Shown here: piece after piece, positions 14,121-25,123 of the stretch
Position numbering within the stretch: the stretch's first letter is position 1
Layout: every line of letters begins with the position of its first letter
Notes under the pieces: generated by a model
Seen by the model: only the letters and a program-made list of their open reading frames with translations
Told to the model about the DNA's origin: nothing
Database searches by the model: none
Made by a program: the position numbers and the translations under genes
Assembly: GCA_021432655.1 (NCBI GenBank)
Contig: MU271269.1
Location: forward strand, 1-64,000
From: Atractiella rhizophila
Lineage: Eukaryota
Direction: 5' to 3'
Length of the DNA: 64,000 nt

Positions 14121-14334
14121 TTCCTCATCCGCTCTTCCTCTTTTCAGTTTCTCGCCACTCTGTTCTTTCCCTTCAGGCATACATAGAGCCTTAGACTGCA
14201 GTTAGAATTCTTTCCAACGGCTTCCCCATAGATTTTAACAGAGTTTTTCAAGATTTCAAGCCAAACTAATAACAGTGAGTCCTTTCGATTTTCCCCATTG
14301 TTGGAGCGGTGAAGTAATTGTTGTGGGAAAAGAA

Positions 14335-17300
14335 ATGGTCGCTGCCACCGCTGCCGCTCCCGTTGAGGCTGTCAAGTCTACGATTGAATCCCTAAAAGCC
14401 CAAGTTCAGGGCACCCCTGATTCCGCCACCGCTACTTTCGACTTCACTCCGGCGATCGCCACGGGAGATAACGTCGATGCTCTCATCGCTACCCTCAAGA
14501 CCGATGGAGTGAAAGTTTTGGAGGCGAATGGGTTTTCTGCGGCTCTCGAGAAGGCTCTTACCGATAAGAAGAACAACGCTGTTCGTGAAGGAGCCTGCTC
14601 CCTCATCTCGACCCTCTGCGAAAAAGGCGTCGGCCATTACGTCGAACCCTACCTCTTCCCTACCGTCTTCAACCTCATCATCGAATCCTTCGCTGACAAG
14701 ATCGCCACCGTCAAAGCTGCCGCTGCCGCCGCCATCAAGAATGTTGTCCAGGTTATGACTCCTTGGGCAGTTCCTGTCCTCGCGCTCCCTGCTCTTTTGG
14801 AGAAGGTCAAGAACTCCCCCAAGTGGCAGATTAAGCTCGGATGCCTGGACATCTTGGATCTGCTCGTTGTTTCGGCCCCTGAGCAGCTTGCAAGAGAAAT
14901 GCCTGACATCATCCCCGTGATGACGGAAGCTATCTGGGACACGAAGCCTGAAGTCAAGAAGGCTGCTCGCGCCTCTTTGACCAAGCTTACCGCTCTCGTA
15001 TCCAACAAAGATATCGAGAAGGTTCGTCGATGCTTTTGTCTTCTGTAACAATATCTAATGTCCAGGTATTAGTTCATTCCCGCGTTGATCAACTGCTTGA
15101 TCAATCCTGAGCAAGAAGTTCCCAAGACGATCCAGCTCTTGTCTGCCACTACCTTCGTTTCTGAAGTGGACTCCCCCACCCTCTCGTTGATGGTTCCCCT
15201 GCTCTCCCGAGGTCTCAATGAGAAGTTGACCGCCACGAAGCGAAAGGTTGCTGTCATCATCGACAACATGTCCAAGTTGGTCGACAATGAGAACACTGTC
15301 AGGCCTTTCCTGCCTAAGCTCCTTCCTGGACTCATCAAGATGGAGCAAACCGTCGCTGATCCCGAAGCGCGTGGAGTCGTCAACAAGGCTATCAAGACTC
15401 TGCAAGGTGTAGGAAAGGTTTCCGGTGATGGATCCGACCTCCCTCCCCCGAAGGTAACGAAGGCGGAGGACTCGCTTCCCAAAGTCAATGCTGCTCTCAA
15501 GAAGCACGCCGCTTCCGCAGCCACGGATGCCAATGCTAGTCTGATCAGGTACATCGCTCAAATCGTCGCTAACCTTGTCAACGCAAGGAACCTCGAGCTC
15601 GTAGAGTGGAACAGCGCTTTGACCGCTTATGTTAACCTGATGGCTCCCGAAGCTGCCTCCCATGCTACAGTTAAGGAGGTATTGGAGAAGTCTGCTGGAG
15701 CAGATGACGAGATCTTAGCTTTTGATGACGAAGAGGAGGGTGAAGACCTTTGCAACTGCACTTTCTCTCTGGCCTAGTGCGTCTCTCCTTGCTTCTTTTA
15801 GTTTCGAGTCTGATAGTTGCTGGGCGAACAGTGGTGCCAAAATTTTGTTGAACACCGCGACGATGAGATTGAAGAGAGGACACCGATACGGTCTCGTTGG
15901 CCGAAACGGTTCCGGGAAATCCACTTTGATGAGGTCCATCCAACAAGGACAAGTCAATGGTTTCCCCAGCCCTGACGAAGTCAGGACTTTTTACGTTGAA
16001 CATGACATTGGTATGCTTTTGCTGCATCTATAGTGAGATCACGTGTTGATTTTGTTCCAGATGGATCTGAGGAAGATACTACTATTCTTCAATTCATCCT
16101 TTCCGATAAGCGTCTTGGTGCGAGCGAAGAAGAGGCGAAGGCTTCTCTTGCCTCTGTCGGCTTCACCGCTGAGCGCCAAGAGCAATCGATTGGCAGTCTT
16201 TCTGGAGGTTGGAAGATGAAGTTGGCTTTGGCTCGTGCTATGCTGTTCAAGGCCGACATCCTCTTGCTCGATGAACCTACCAACCACTTGGACGTCCTCA
16301 ACGTCAAGTGGCTCGAAGACTACCTCCGATCTCTTACTACTTGCACTTCCATTATCGTCTCTCACGACTCGTCCTTCCTTAACAACGTTGTTTCCGACAT
16401 CCTCTACCTTAACAGGTTCAAGCTCAAGCGATACCCCGGAAATCTCGATCAATTCGTCAAATATGTCCCGGAGGCGAAGGCTTTCTATGAGCTCAACCCT
16501 CAAGAGGACTACAACTTCAGGATCCCCAACCCACCTCTTCTCGATGGTGTCAAGACCAAGGAGAAGTCGATTATGAAGATGAGGAACGTTGGATTCCAGT
16601 ACCCCGTTTCCAAGGTTCAACAGCTTTACGATATCACCCTTCAAGTTTCTCTCTCCTCCCGTGTCGCCGTTCTTGGTCCCAATGGTGCTGGAAAGTCTAC
16701 TCTCGTCAAGCTCCTTGTTGGAGAATTGGAGCCCAACAAGGGTGGTGAGGTTTGGAAGCACCCTGCTCTCGTCGTCGGCTATGTGTCCCAGCATGCCTGT
16801 GAGTTTTGTCACACCCAGTTTTTAACCGTCTGATGTTGGCGCAGTCCACCACATCGACTCTTGCCTTGATAAGACCCCTCTAGAATACCTCCTTCAACGC
16901 TTCGCCACTGGTGAGGACGGTGAAGAGCTCACGAAGACCACTAGAGTCATCACCAAGGAGGACGAGGAGAAGATGAAAGCTGGTGCTCTTATCACCATCG
17001 AGGGACAGAAGAGAACGATTGATGAGATCATTTCCCGACGCAAGCTCAAGCAATCCTACGAGTACGAAGTGTCCTTCAAGGGTCTTTCCTCGTCCGAGAA
17101 CATTTACCTGCCCCGTGATGATCTTATCAAGCGAGGATTTGAGAAGGCTGTCGCTGCTCTCGATACCAGGGAGGCTCAGAAACTTGGTCTCACCCGCCCT
17201 CTCGTCCGAAAGGAGGTTGAGAAGCACTATGCCGATTTCGGTTTGGAGGCTGAATTCGTTTCGCATAACACCATGAGGGGTCTCTCTGGTGGTCAGAAGG

Positions 17301-17831
17301 TGAAGGTCGTCCTTGGTGCCGCTACTTGGCGACGGTATGTTTTGTTTCATTTCACCGCTTTCAATATACTCATTGTATTCGCATCGTCTTAGACCTCACG
17401 TTGTCATCCTCGACGAGCCCACCAATTATCTCGATCGCGAGTCGTTGGCCGCTCTCATTGATGGACTGAAGAACTTCGAGGGAGGAGTCCTCATTATCAC
17501 TCACTCCAAGGAGTTCTCAGAGTCGCTCTGTAACGAAGTATGGGCTATGAAGGACGGTTACCTTACTCCTTCTGGTCACAACTGGTTCGTTTATCCCTTC
17601 CACAAATATTTTCTGAACTAACATAAATGCGACAGGGTTGAGGGTCAAGGTTCCGGACCTAGGATCGACCAGAAGGATGGTCCTCAAGAGGATACTTTCG
17701 ATGCCATGGGTAACAAGGTCGAGAACAAGGCATCGAAGAAGTTGACTTCAAAGGAGGAGAGGAAGAAGAAGAAGGACAGGATGGCCCGCCGCAAGCGTGG
17801 AGAGGAAGTCTTCACAGACGAGGAGGATTAA
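14335..17831 (+). CDS. TEF3: Fungal translation elongation factor 3 (HEAT repeats + two ABC domains with chromo insert)
   Basis: [95 protein letters not shown], and basic C-tail ending TAA 17829-17831. Confidence 0.98.
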
Positions 17832-18308
17832 GCTACCAGATTTGCCCTTTCCATTCTTTTCGCTTTTTTGTTTGTGTTTAGGACTGCTTTTTGTAATCAC
17901 TTCTGGGCATCTACTGGTACTCCAATAGACTACGCTTTCTCCAAACTTGCGAATCTGGCAAACAGTACGTAACAATCGAAAGCGGAAAGCATCCACCTAA
18001 ATGTATAAAAGACAAAGGCTCTTTGAGGCACGTGTAAACAGCGGTCGGGAGTTTGTATATTGCGTCTCCCCCCTCAGGGCACAAGTAGGTCAAGGCGAAT
18101 GCTTCCATCGCGAATCGCCAGCTTTTGCAGCCATCAATCGCTTGCCACGACATGCTCCGGTCACATACTTCCCATTCCAATTCTTCTGATCCATCGTCAT
18201 CATCTGCTCTCTCAAATTTCGCTTTTTCGCCAGACTTCTCGTCCATCGATTCCAGCTCCCTCCCTCATTCGTTGTCATCCAACGGTTAGCCTTTCTCTCC
18301 AATTTTTC

Positions 18309-20515
18309 ATGGTGGAGTGGATCACCCACTCATCGTGAGACGAGAAGGAGCTGTACTGATGAGGTCGTGTTGGAAGCAGATCAGCGAAGAACAGTCCAAA
18401 ATCTGAACCATCAAATCGACTCGTTGAACGACGATGCAATCAACGATCCTGCCAATCTCGAGCTCTCTGACATTCCAAATCGCATCCAAGACTCTTTGAA
18501 ATCAGTGTCGATATACGTGCATCAATGCAGAAGACTGGGAGCCAGAGTGACGCTCGCTATCGGGGCAGCACTGGTGAGATTCTTCCTCCTTCAGTTTTGA
18601 ACTAGCCTCTGATTTCAGCCGATGGTCAGGGACACACCGCGGGCAGGTTCACACCTAAAGCTGAGCCTTCGGGTTCAGATCACCTTGCAAGCTTGAAGAG
18701 GTTCGTTCAGCCTTTCATTTAGAGCTTCCCACTGCGGAAAATGTGGACGTAACGGCTGATCTGGATGTGATGTGATAGGATCGCGATCTTTTGCTTGAAC
18801 CTGATCAGGAGATGCGGTGGAGAGACAGCGGTCCAGTTGATCTTGAACCGTGAGGAGATGAAGGGGCTGATCAATCGAATGAACGAGGAGCTTATCGCTT
18901 GGACTGTCGACAATGGAATGTCTGCCCTTTTCGATTCCTCGACTCTTGCGAAGGAGGACGCATCAGATGAAGCGGACGACGATAAGAGTGTGATCGGGCA
19001 AATCTTGAGCGAACAAACGAATGTCTTGTCGATGTTGAGCAAGATAGCGAACCAGGTCGAAGGTGGAGAACGAGAAAGGATGAAGGAGGAACTGGATAGG
19101 GAGAGACAGTTCAACGATACGAAGCAGCGCCTGGACGTCATTATTTCGCTCCTTCAACAGCATCAGAACACGAACGCTTCGGGATCGACGACTGGTGGAA
19201 CGGGTTCTCAGAGGGGAAGTCAAGATTTCTACCATATCCAGAGAGCGCTCGATATGATCAGACTTGATCATCCTTCCACCGCCTCCTTACCCCCAATACC
19301 GATCGGCACTCCTTCTTCTCATCTAGCAGACGTGTCCCCCCCTCTCTCCCTCCCCAGTCGAGCAAACGTTTCATCCACTTCGCTTAACACCTACTCTTCC
19401 TTCGACACTGCGTCAACGGTCATCCCAACTGGAAGCCCCCTCGATTACATGGAATATGGACGCTCGAACTCACTCCCTTCCATCCCTACAGGTCTTCGAA
19501 CTACGACCACTGCAGCTGCAGTGGCAGCTGGAGCACTCCCAATTCCCATCCCATCGCCGTTACAAAACTCCACGCTTCCCCGCGCTCCGGACAGCCCATT
19601 CCGATCGTCGTATCCAAGCCCCTCGCTCCCATCCCCAACTCGTAGCCGCTCCCTGGCTATCCGTTACCTCGATCCTGCTACCGGCTTACTTACCGATCTT
19701 AACCTGTTCCCCTCTAACTGGCTCTGGAAGTCCCCAGTCCCCGTCGAACACGCCTATACCCCGTCCGAACAGCCCGTCCAGAAGGATGCTGTCCTTGTTG
19801 CGGTTTGTCTTTGGACTCCAAACACGACAGCGCTCGAAAGGGCTCAAAGTTCAGAACAACGCTTTGTTCCCAGGAGCGAGATGAACTTTCTGTTCCCGAA
19901 CGTGGGCGGAGAGGTGAAGGTGTTGGCGTTGTTTGAGATTAGGGGAAGGGTTTGGGTTGCGGGTTTGCATAGGGGAACCCCAGGGCTGATTCCACTCGAG
20001 TGTCTCGACGTCGATAGGGACGTCAATTGGTCCTCAAGGAACCTCCCAATTGTCATTGCGCCAATCCATGAACTAGCGACTTCTATCGTCGCCTTCATCC
20101 GCCACTCCAACGTTGGACGATTCAATATCATAGACGGACTTCTCTATAGAGCTTTCATTCGATACTTAGAACAAGGGACGTGGCGCTATGTATGATTTTC
20201 TTGGCTCTACTCCACCGTTTAGCTGACGACGGTGCTGGATAGCATTTGACGGGCAAACTCTCGAAGCTCCGCAAAGGTTCTTCTGGACCAGTGACCATCG
20301 TGCAGGATGGAGCAGAGAAAACGGTCGCTTTGAAACTACCTACGGTCACGTTCAGGGATGGAAGTGACCATGAGCTTGCTTTCGATAATGAATTCGCCAG
20401 AGACACCTTCTTCGATGAGGTCGTGAAACTCAGTCCCAACCTCGATATCAGTCACGGTGGGAATGGAACACCCGGAAACATTTCGCCAGTCGTCAGCAGG
20501 GCCGGGGTCTTTTGA
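18309..20515 (+). CDS. Uncharacterised protein A: helical (MLKL-NTD-like) N-terminus, Pro/Ser linker, SH3-like and PH-like C-terminus
   Basis: Exons about 18387-18572, 18630-18700, 18779-20189 and 20243-20515; start codon uncertain. Motifs HQCRRLGARV and WVAGLHRGTPGLIPLECL. Homologous along its length to the gene at 21745-24369. Confidence 0.8.
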
Positions 20516-20539
20516 GGATGGAGGAAATATGGACATGAC

Positions 20540-21500
20540 GAATGAGCGAATTTTCCTTAGATTGCAAATGACGGTCACGCAAGTTCGATCGAGATAGGAT
20601 GCTCTTGCTGCCACCAATGCGACTTTGGGACGTAAATTTCGCTCGATTTCATCATCAACAAACGACTACATAGACTCAGTTACTTTCTTGATCTCTTCTT
20701 CGTCTTCATTTCTGGATACACACCATACATTAACATCTCTTTTAAGTCTTGAAAGTGCTCGTGCTCGGAAATCTTTCATGGTCTGGTTCTGGTTAGTCTC
20801 GTATGGTAATCTGGCTTGATGTGTCTGGAATCTCTTCTGCTACTCCTCTTCATTGGAATTTAGCTTCTCTGTTTGGTGGACTGGGACGGAACACGGGCAG
20901 TGGTGGGTGACGAGTTTATCTTTCAGTTTATGGATAAGTTTTGCCTTCAGGCGTCTTGGTTGACTATTCCGAAATTAGTTCCAAAAGATTCAAATTTCTC
21001 TTGATTGCTAACCTCAAACGCATTATTCTTCCTTCCCACCACTCAACACCTAATATCTCTTTTTACAAATCTCACGTTCATCCTTCAGTCAACAACCCTT
21101 AGTCTGCAGCTTGGTGTTTGGGAATCCGACTCTCATGTTTCTTATCACAATACCGCTGATGATATGCTCAAGATGTCGAATCTACCTCACTCTGTGCTTC
21201 AGCTATGATCTTCATCATATCGGCTTTCCCACATTCCTGCCTCTCGAGAAATGGAGTAAACATGGTCTGGTCTACGTCTGCAAAAGGAAATGATGATTTA
21301 TTAGCCTTCAGAGAGGTTAGTTATTCGTTGGGAACATACATCGCCAGCATCAGACTGCGGTGGATATCCGAAGAGAGATCGTTAGGATTCGTCACAACCT
21401 TTTGGTGGACTTGAAGAGGAGAATTTCGATAGAGTAGAGAATCAGATTGAAGCGGAAGCAGAAAACTTGAGAAGACTGTGGAGTCAAGAGAGGCAAATCC
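20540..21500 (-). pseudogene. Degenerate intron-containing gene remnant with multiple in-frame stops
   Basis: One frame reads LLELISE*STKTPEGKTYP*TER*TRHPPLPVFRPSPPNREAKFQ*RE*QKRF...MKDFRARALSRLKRD...ESM*SFVDDEIERNL. An intron-like gtatgt...ctaa...tgcag lies near 21280-21340. Confidence 0.45.
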
Positions 21501-21744
21501 CAGCCAAATCGTGAAGACGTTCGTAGCTAAGACTAATAAATTGAAACAACACCAAAGAAGCTCGTCGAAGGCGGGTCACAGAGACAAGTGAGACAGAACT
21601 CAGACATAGGTATAAACAATTGAAGGCTACACGTGCGCACGAAGTTCTTCCCTCCTTCCTTGTTTTATCGATTGATTGACTGACTGAATACGAACTGGGA
21701 GTCGCGATACAGAGATGGCTTTTTTCATTTTTTGTTACGTATTT

Positions 21745-24369
21745 TTATCGAGGGAGGGAAGCTTGAGGTATAGCGTCAAGGAGCCTTTCGATGTCTTCCT
21801 TAATTTGATAACACCTATAACCTTATCAGCCATCTTGCGATTTCGGCACATCTAAAGAAACCTTTACGTTATTTCCTCCTGAAAGGCGATTTGGAACACA
21901 GTCCTATCATGGTAAATGAGAAGTTTATAAAGATCTCCCACGGGCTTGACTATTCGATTGAGCATGACCTCGACTCCGAAGTCGCGATAGATTTCCATTC
22001 CCGAGATGTTGGCGACGATCATCTACTTAAAACATCAAAAAGGTGACAAACTGAGGACGAGACGAACATGGCGCCACGTCCCCTGCTCTTTGAAACGAAT
22101 CCAATTGCCGTATGCGACTCCAGACACGACGTTGTGAGTCCCTCGATCTCCGCGCCGCAGGAACCCGATAAAGCTTGAGGCGGTCTCATGAAGCGTACAA
22201 GCGGCATTGTCGACAGGAGGCATAGTTCGCGCATTTTGATCGATGAGGCATTTGAGCGGAATGAGCCCATTTCCGATATTGCTGGCACCATAGATCCACA
22301 CCACACCCTTCACGTTCCAAATCGACGAGACTACCACAGGCGTCGCGACGGGCACCCTCAAGAACGTGATCCTCGAAGGACGGATGTGTCCAGCCTGGAC
22401 AGCGTCGTCGAGTGCAGAATCAGAGGACATCCAATCCGCCTTCGCGCAGATTAGCGTCGTTCCTTCCGTTATCCGCGAACCGGAGAGAGATTGGCATTCG
22501 GCCAGTTGTTCTGGGATATCCCAGCACCAATTTGGAGTGAAAATAGTGGAGACGCTTGAAGCAGGCATTCTTCGGCCCTGGAGGGTTGAATTGGTAGAAT
22601 TTGCCGAATGGCCTATAGGTGGACGAGAAGGTCCTGCATGAGTATTCTTCGGATGGGTTGTATCCAAAGGTAGAGTGGGCTGTTTTATGCCTGCAGATGA
22701 TGGTGGAAAAGGAGAATGATATTTTGGTGGTTGGCCTGATTCTTTTTGTAGTGGGGTGTGCATGTTGGGACGAGTAGCACTTGGAGATGGGGGATTAAGG
22801 TCCATCCTGCGCAGCTGCTCTTCGAGACTTTCGTGTTGTCGATAAGAATCCGGCACAGGTCTGTGTGGTAGCAGAGAGCTTGTACTTGCGGTCGATGTTG
22901 GATGTTGGGGATCCATCAATCCCCTACCTCGCCCAAAGGTCTCGTGTCCAGGATATTTCAACTGTCCTGGGCCAGGTCTGGCGATAGGACGCGGGCCGAC
23001 GTGACTGGTGGGCAAAGGATCGACACTAGTCGCAAAGCTGAACTTCCTCATGTGGCCCACGCCTGGAATATTGCCACCATCAGATCCACTTGAGTGTGAA
23101 GTGAAGTCCTGATCTTCCTCCGTTGTCCTCGACTCGGGATCTTTCCAATGTGGGGTCGATATGTGAGAGCGAAGGTCGGAGGGGTCAAATAATTCATGCG
23201 GAAAGTCTCGAACGTTGTCCAACATTCGAATTGCACGCGAAAAACGGTTCTTTGTTCGATTGAGCTCTTCTGTCGGAGGGAAGGTTCTGTACTGTTCGTA
23301 GACGGCCTGCACCAAGACCTTCGTCGACGTGAGCTTAACGTTCAGCTCAATGAACTCTGGATCCATGCAACCGTGCTCGTTCAGCTTCCACCTAAAGGCA
23401 CCTCGGTTACCTTATGAGAAAGTGGTAGAAAGATTCATACTGGCGGTCTACGATACTCCCTGTAAAACACTATAAATAAAAGCACGGGGAAGAAGCGAGC
23501 AGAGACGAACGGATATGGATGAAAAGGCCTTCAGTCTCCGATGCCAAAGAAATGATATTCGCGACCTCTACGTCGTCGTGGAACGAATTGTCGGCGTCCT
23601 TCCTTTGACACTCCGCTTGCATTAGATGCAGGTTTTGCTGCCAAAAGACATGCAGAATTAGCGTTGGTCATGAACGGGGATAGAGAGCGCGCACCCGAAC
23701 TATGGGCGGAATGTTGGAGCCTGCCCAAAGAAGCAGAGCATCGTTCTCTCTCCTCAAGCGTTCCTTAATCGATGGTTGATCGAGCACAATATCAACCACC
23801 TCTCTTTGCAAGAGATTGGCTAAGATACGTGACACAGTTGCTGTGATACTTCACAAAGGGAAGATAATCAAGAAGCTCTCAACGTCCGTCCTATCGCGAG
23901 TTAGCAAAGAGAGGACGTACTTTTTCAACCGATCCAACTGTGTACGGTCCTTCAATGCGCGATTGGCCCAACTGACAACTTTGTCTAACCTCTCACCCAA
24001 ACACGCAATAACATTGGCGTTGAAAACGAGCCCTCCACCTTGCGCAGCGGCGATGATATCATGCGTCTCTTGTACTGTAGCCTGTAGGATTTCATCGAAT
24101 TCTTGTTGCTCTGCCGCCGACAATCGTCGGTTTAGCTGTGGGTGACCGAAAGCAGCAGCATCATCGTCGCATCCGTCCGCATAACCATCACCGTCCAAGT
24201 CATCGATTTGGTCGTCAAAATGAGGTGAAGTGCGCAGAGCGTTGTAGTAGGCCATTGGAGAGTAGAAAGGAAAAGGAAGAAGTGTCAGTGCGAACAAGCA
24301 AACGAAGGGGACGGGTCGAACGAGCTAGTCGAACGAGAAGAAGAGGAACGTGGGACTCACCATAGACAT
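21745..24369 (-). CDS. Uncharacterised protein B, paralog of A (helical N-terminus + SH3-like + PH-like)
   Basis: Spliced model: MSM (24361-24369) | LNRR...LDRLKK | TDVESFLIIFP | LEVVDIVLDQPSIKERLRRENDALLLWAGSN... | QNLH...KDADNSFHDDVEV... | RSIVDRQ | WKLNEHGCMDPEF...QGTWRH | MIVANISG...FQEEI | TCYQIKEDIERLL...PR*. All introns are GT-AG and phases are compatible. Confidence 0.8.
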
Positions 24370-25123
24370 GGCAGCGTTATCGGAACTTGGGACAAGGTGT
24401 TGATGGCTCTATTTGAACACTCGAGAGAATTGCTTGACCCTTTTATTCAGTCAAACTTTTACAAGTTTCGACAGCACCATGAGATGAAGAACACAGAAAG
24501 AGATCCACACGCACGATGGGCAAAGTTCCCTGATCTGTCCACTGTCCTCGCCCGGACGTTTCTAAAACAAAATCTCACAAATATTTAGCAAAAATCGAGC
24601 GAATAGGCGCTCCGAAGCTTTATCTCTTTCGCGATGTGCTTTCCCAAGGACCGCGTGAGGACGCGTGTCCTTTTCTCGGCTGTTTTCGAGCAGGCTTTCG
24701 AGCAATCTGAAAGAAGCAATAATCAGGATGATTCGGAGCTGATGTTGAAAGGGATGCCGGTCATGTGCGGGCTGATGGAGTACTTTGACACTTTTGATCC
24801 ATCGGGGAGTCTCTGTCGCCCAATCTCAGATGGAGGAAGTGGTCACGCTCCCTTAATTTGGGCTTAACCTTGTACTTGTTTCGTTTCTCGTCAGTTCTCT
24901 GGGTAATGCAGCAGAGAAGGGTGTAACCTCGTTTATGACTATTAGCACGATTGACGGGAGTAACTTGAGCGATAGAGTACAGCAGATAAATAAACTTTGC
25001 ACAAAAAAAGAAGTTGCAATTTTCACTGATGAAACCCACTCCACAATCCTTGTTGATACAACAATCCTCTTGCGAGACAAAAGCTAAAGCAGAAATGAAG
25101 GTGGTAACTTATGAAATAAAGGC

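Larger units (their letters stand above)
11784..14718 (+). repeat. Tandem segmental duplication, unit ~1466 bp (about 11784-13253 and 13251-14718)
   Basis: SDR 3' half, intergenic region and eEF3 5' end occur twice. The eEF3 ATGs at 12870 and 14335 are 1465 bp apart. Differences cluster in the SDR portion. Confidence 0.97.
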
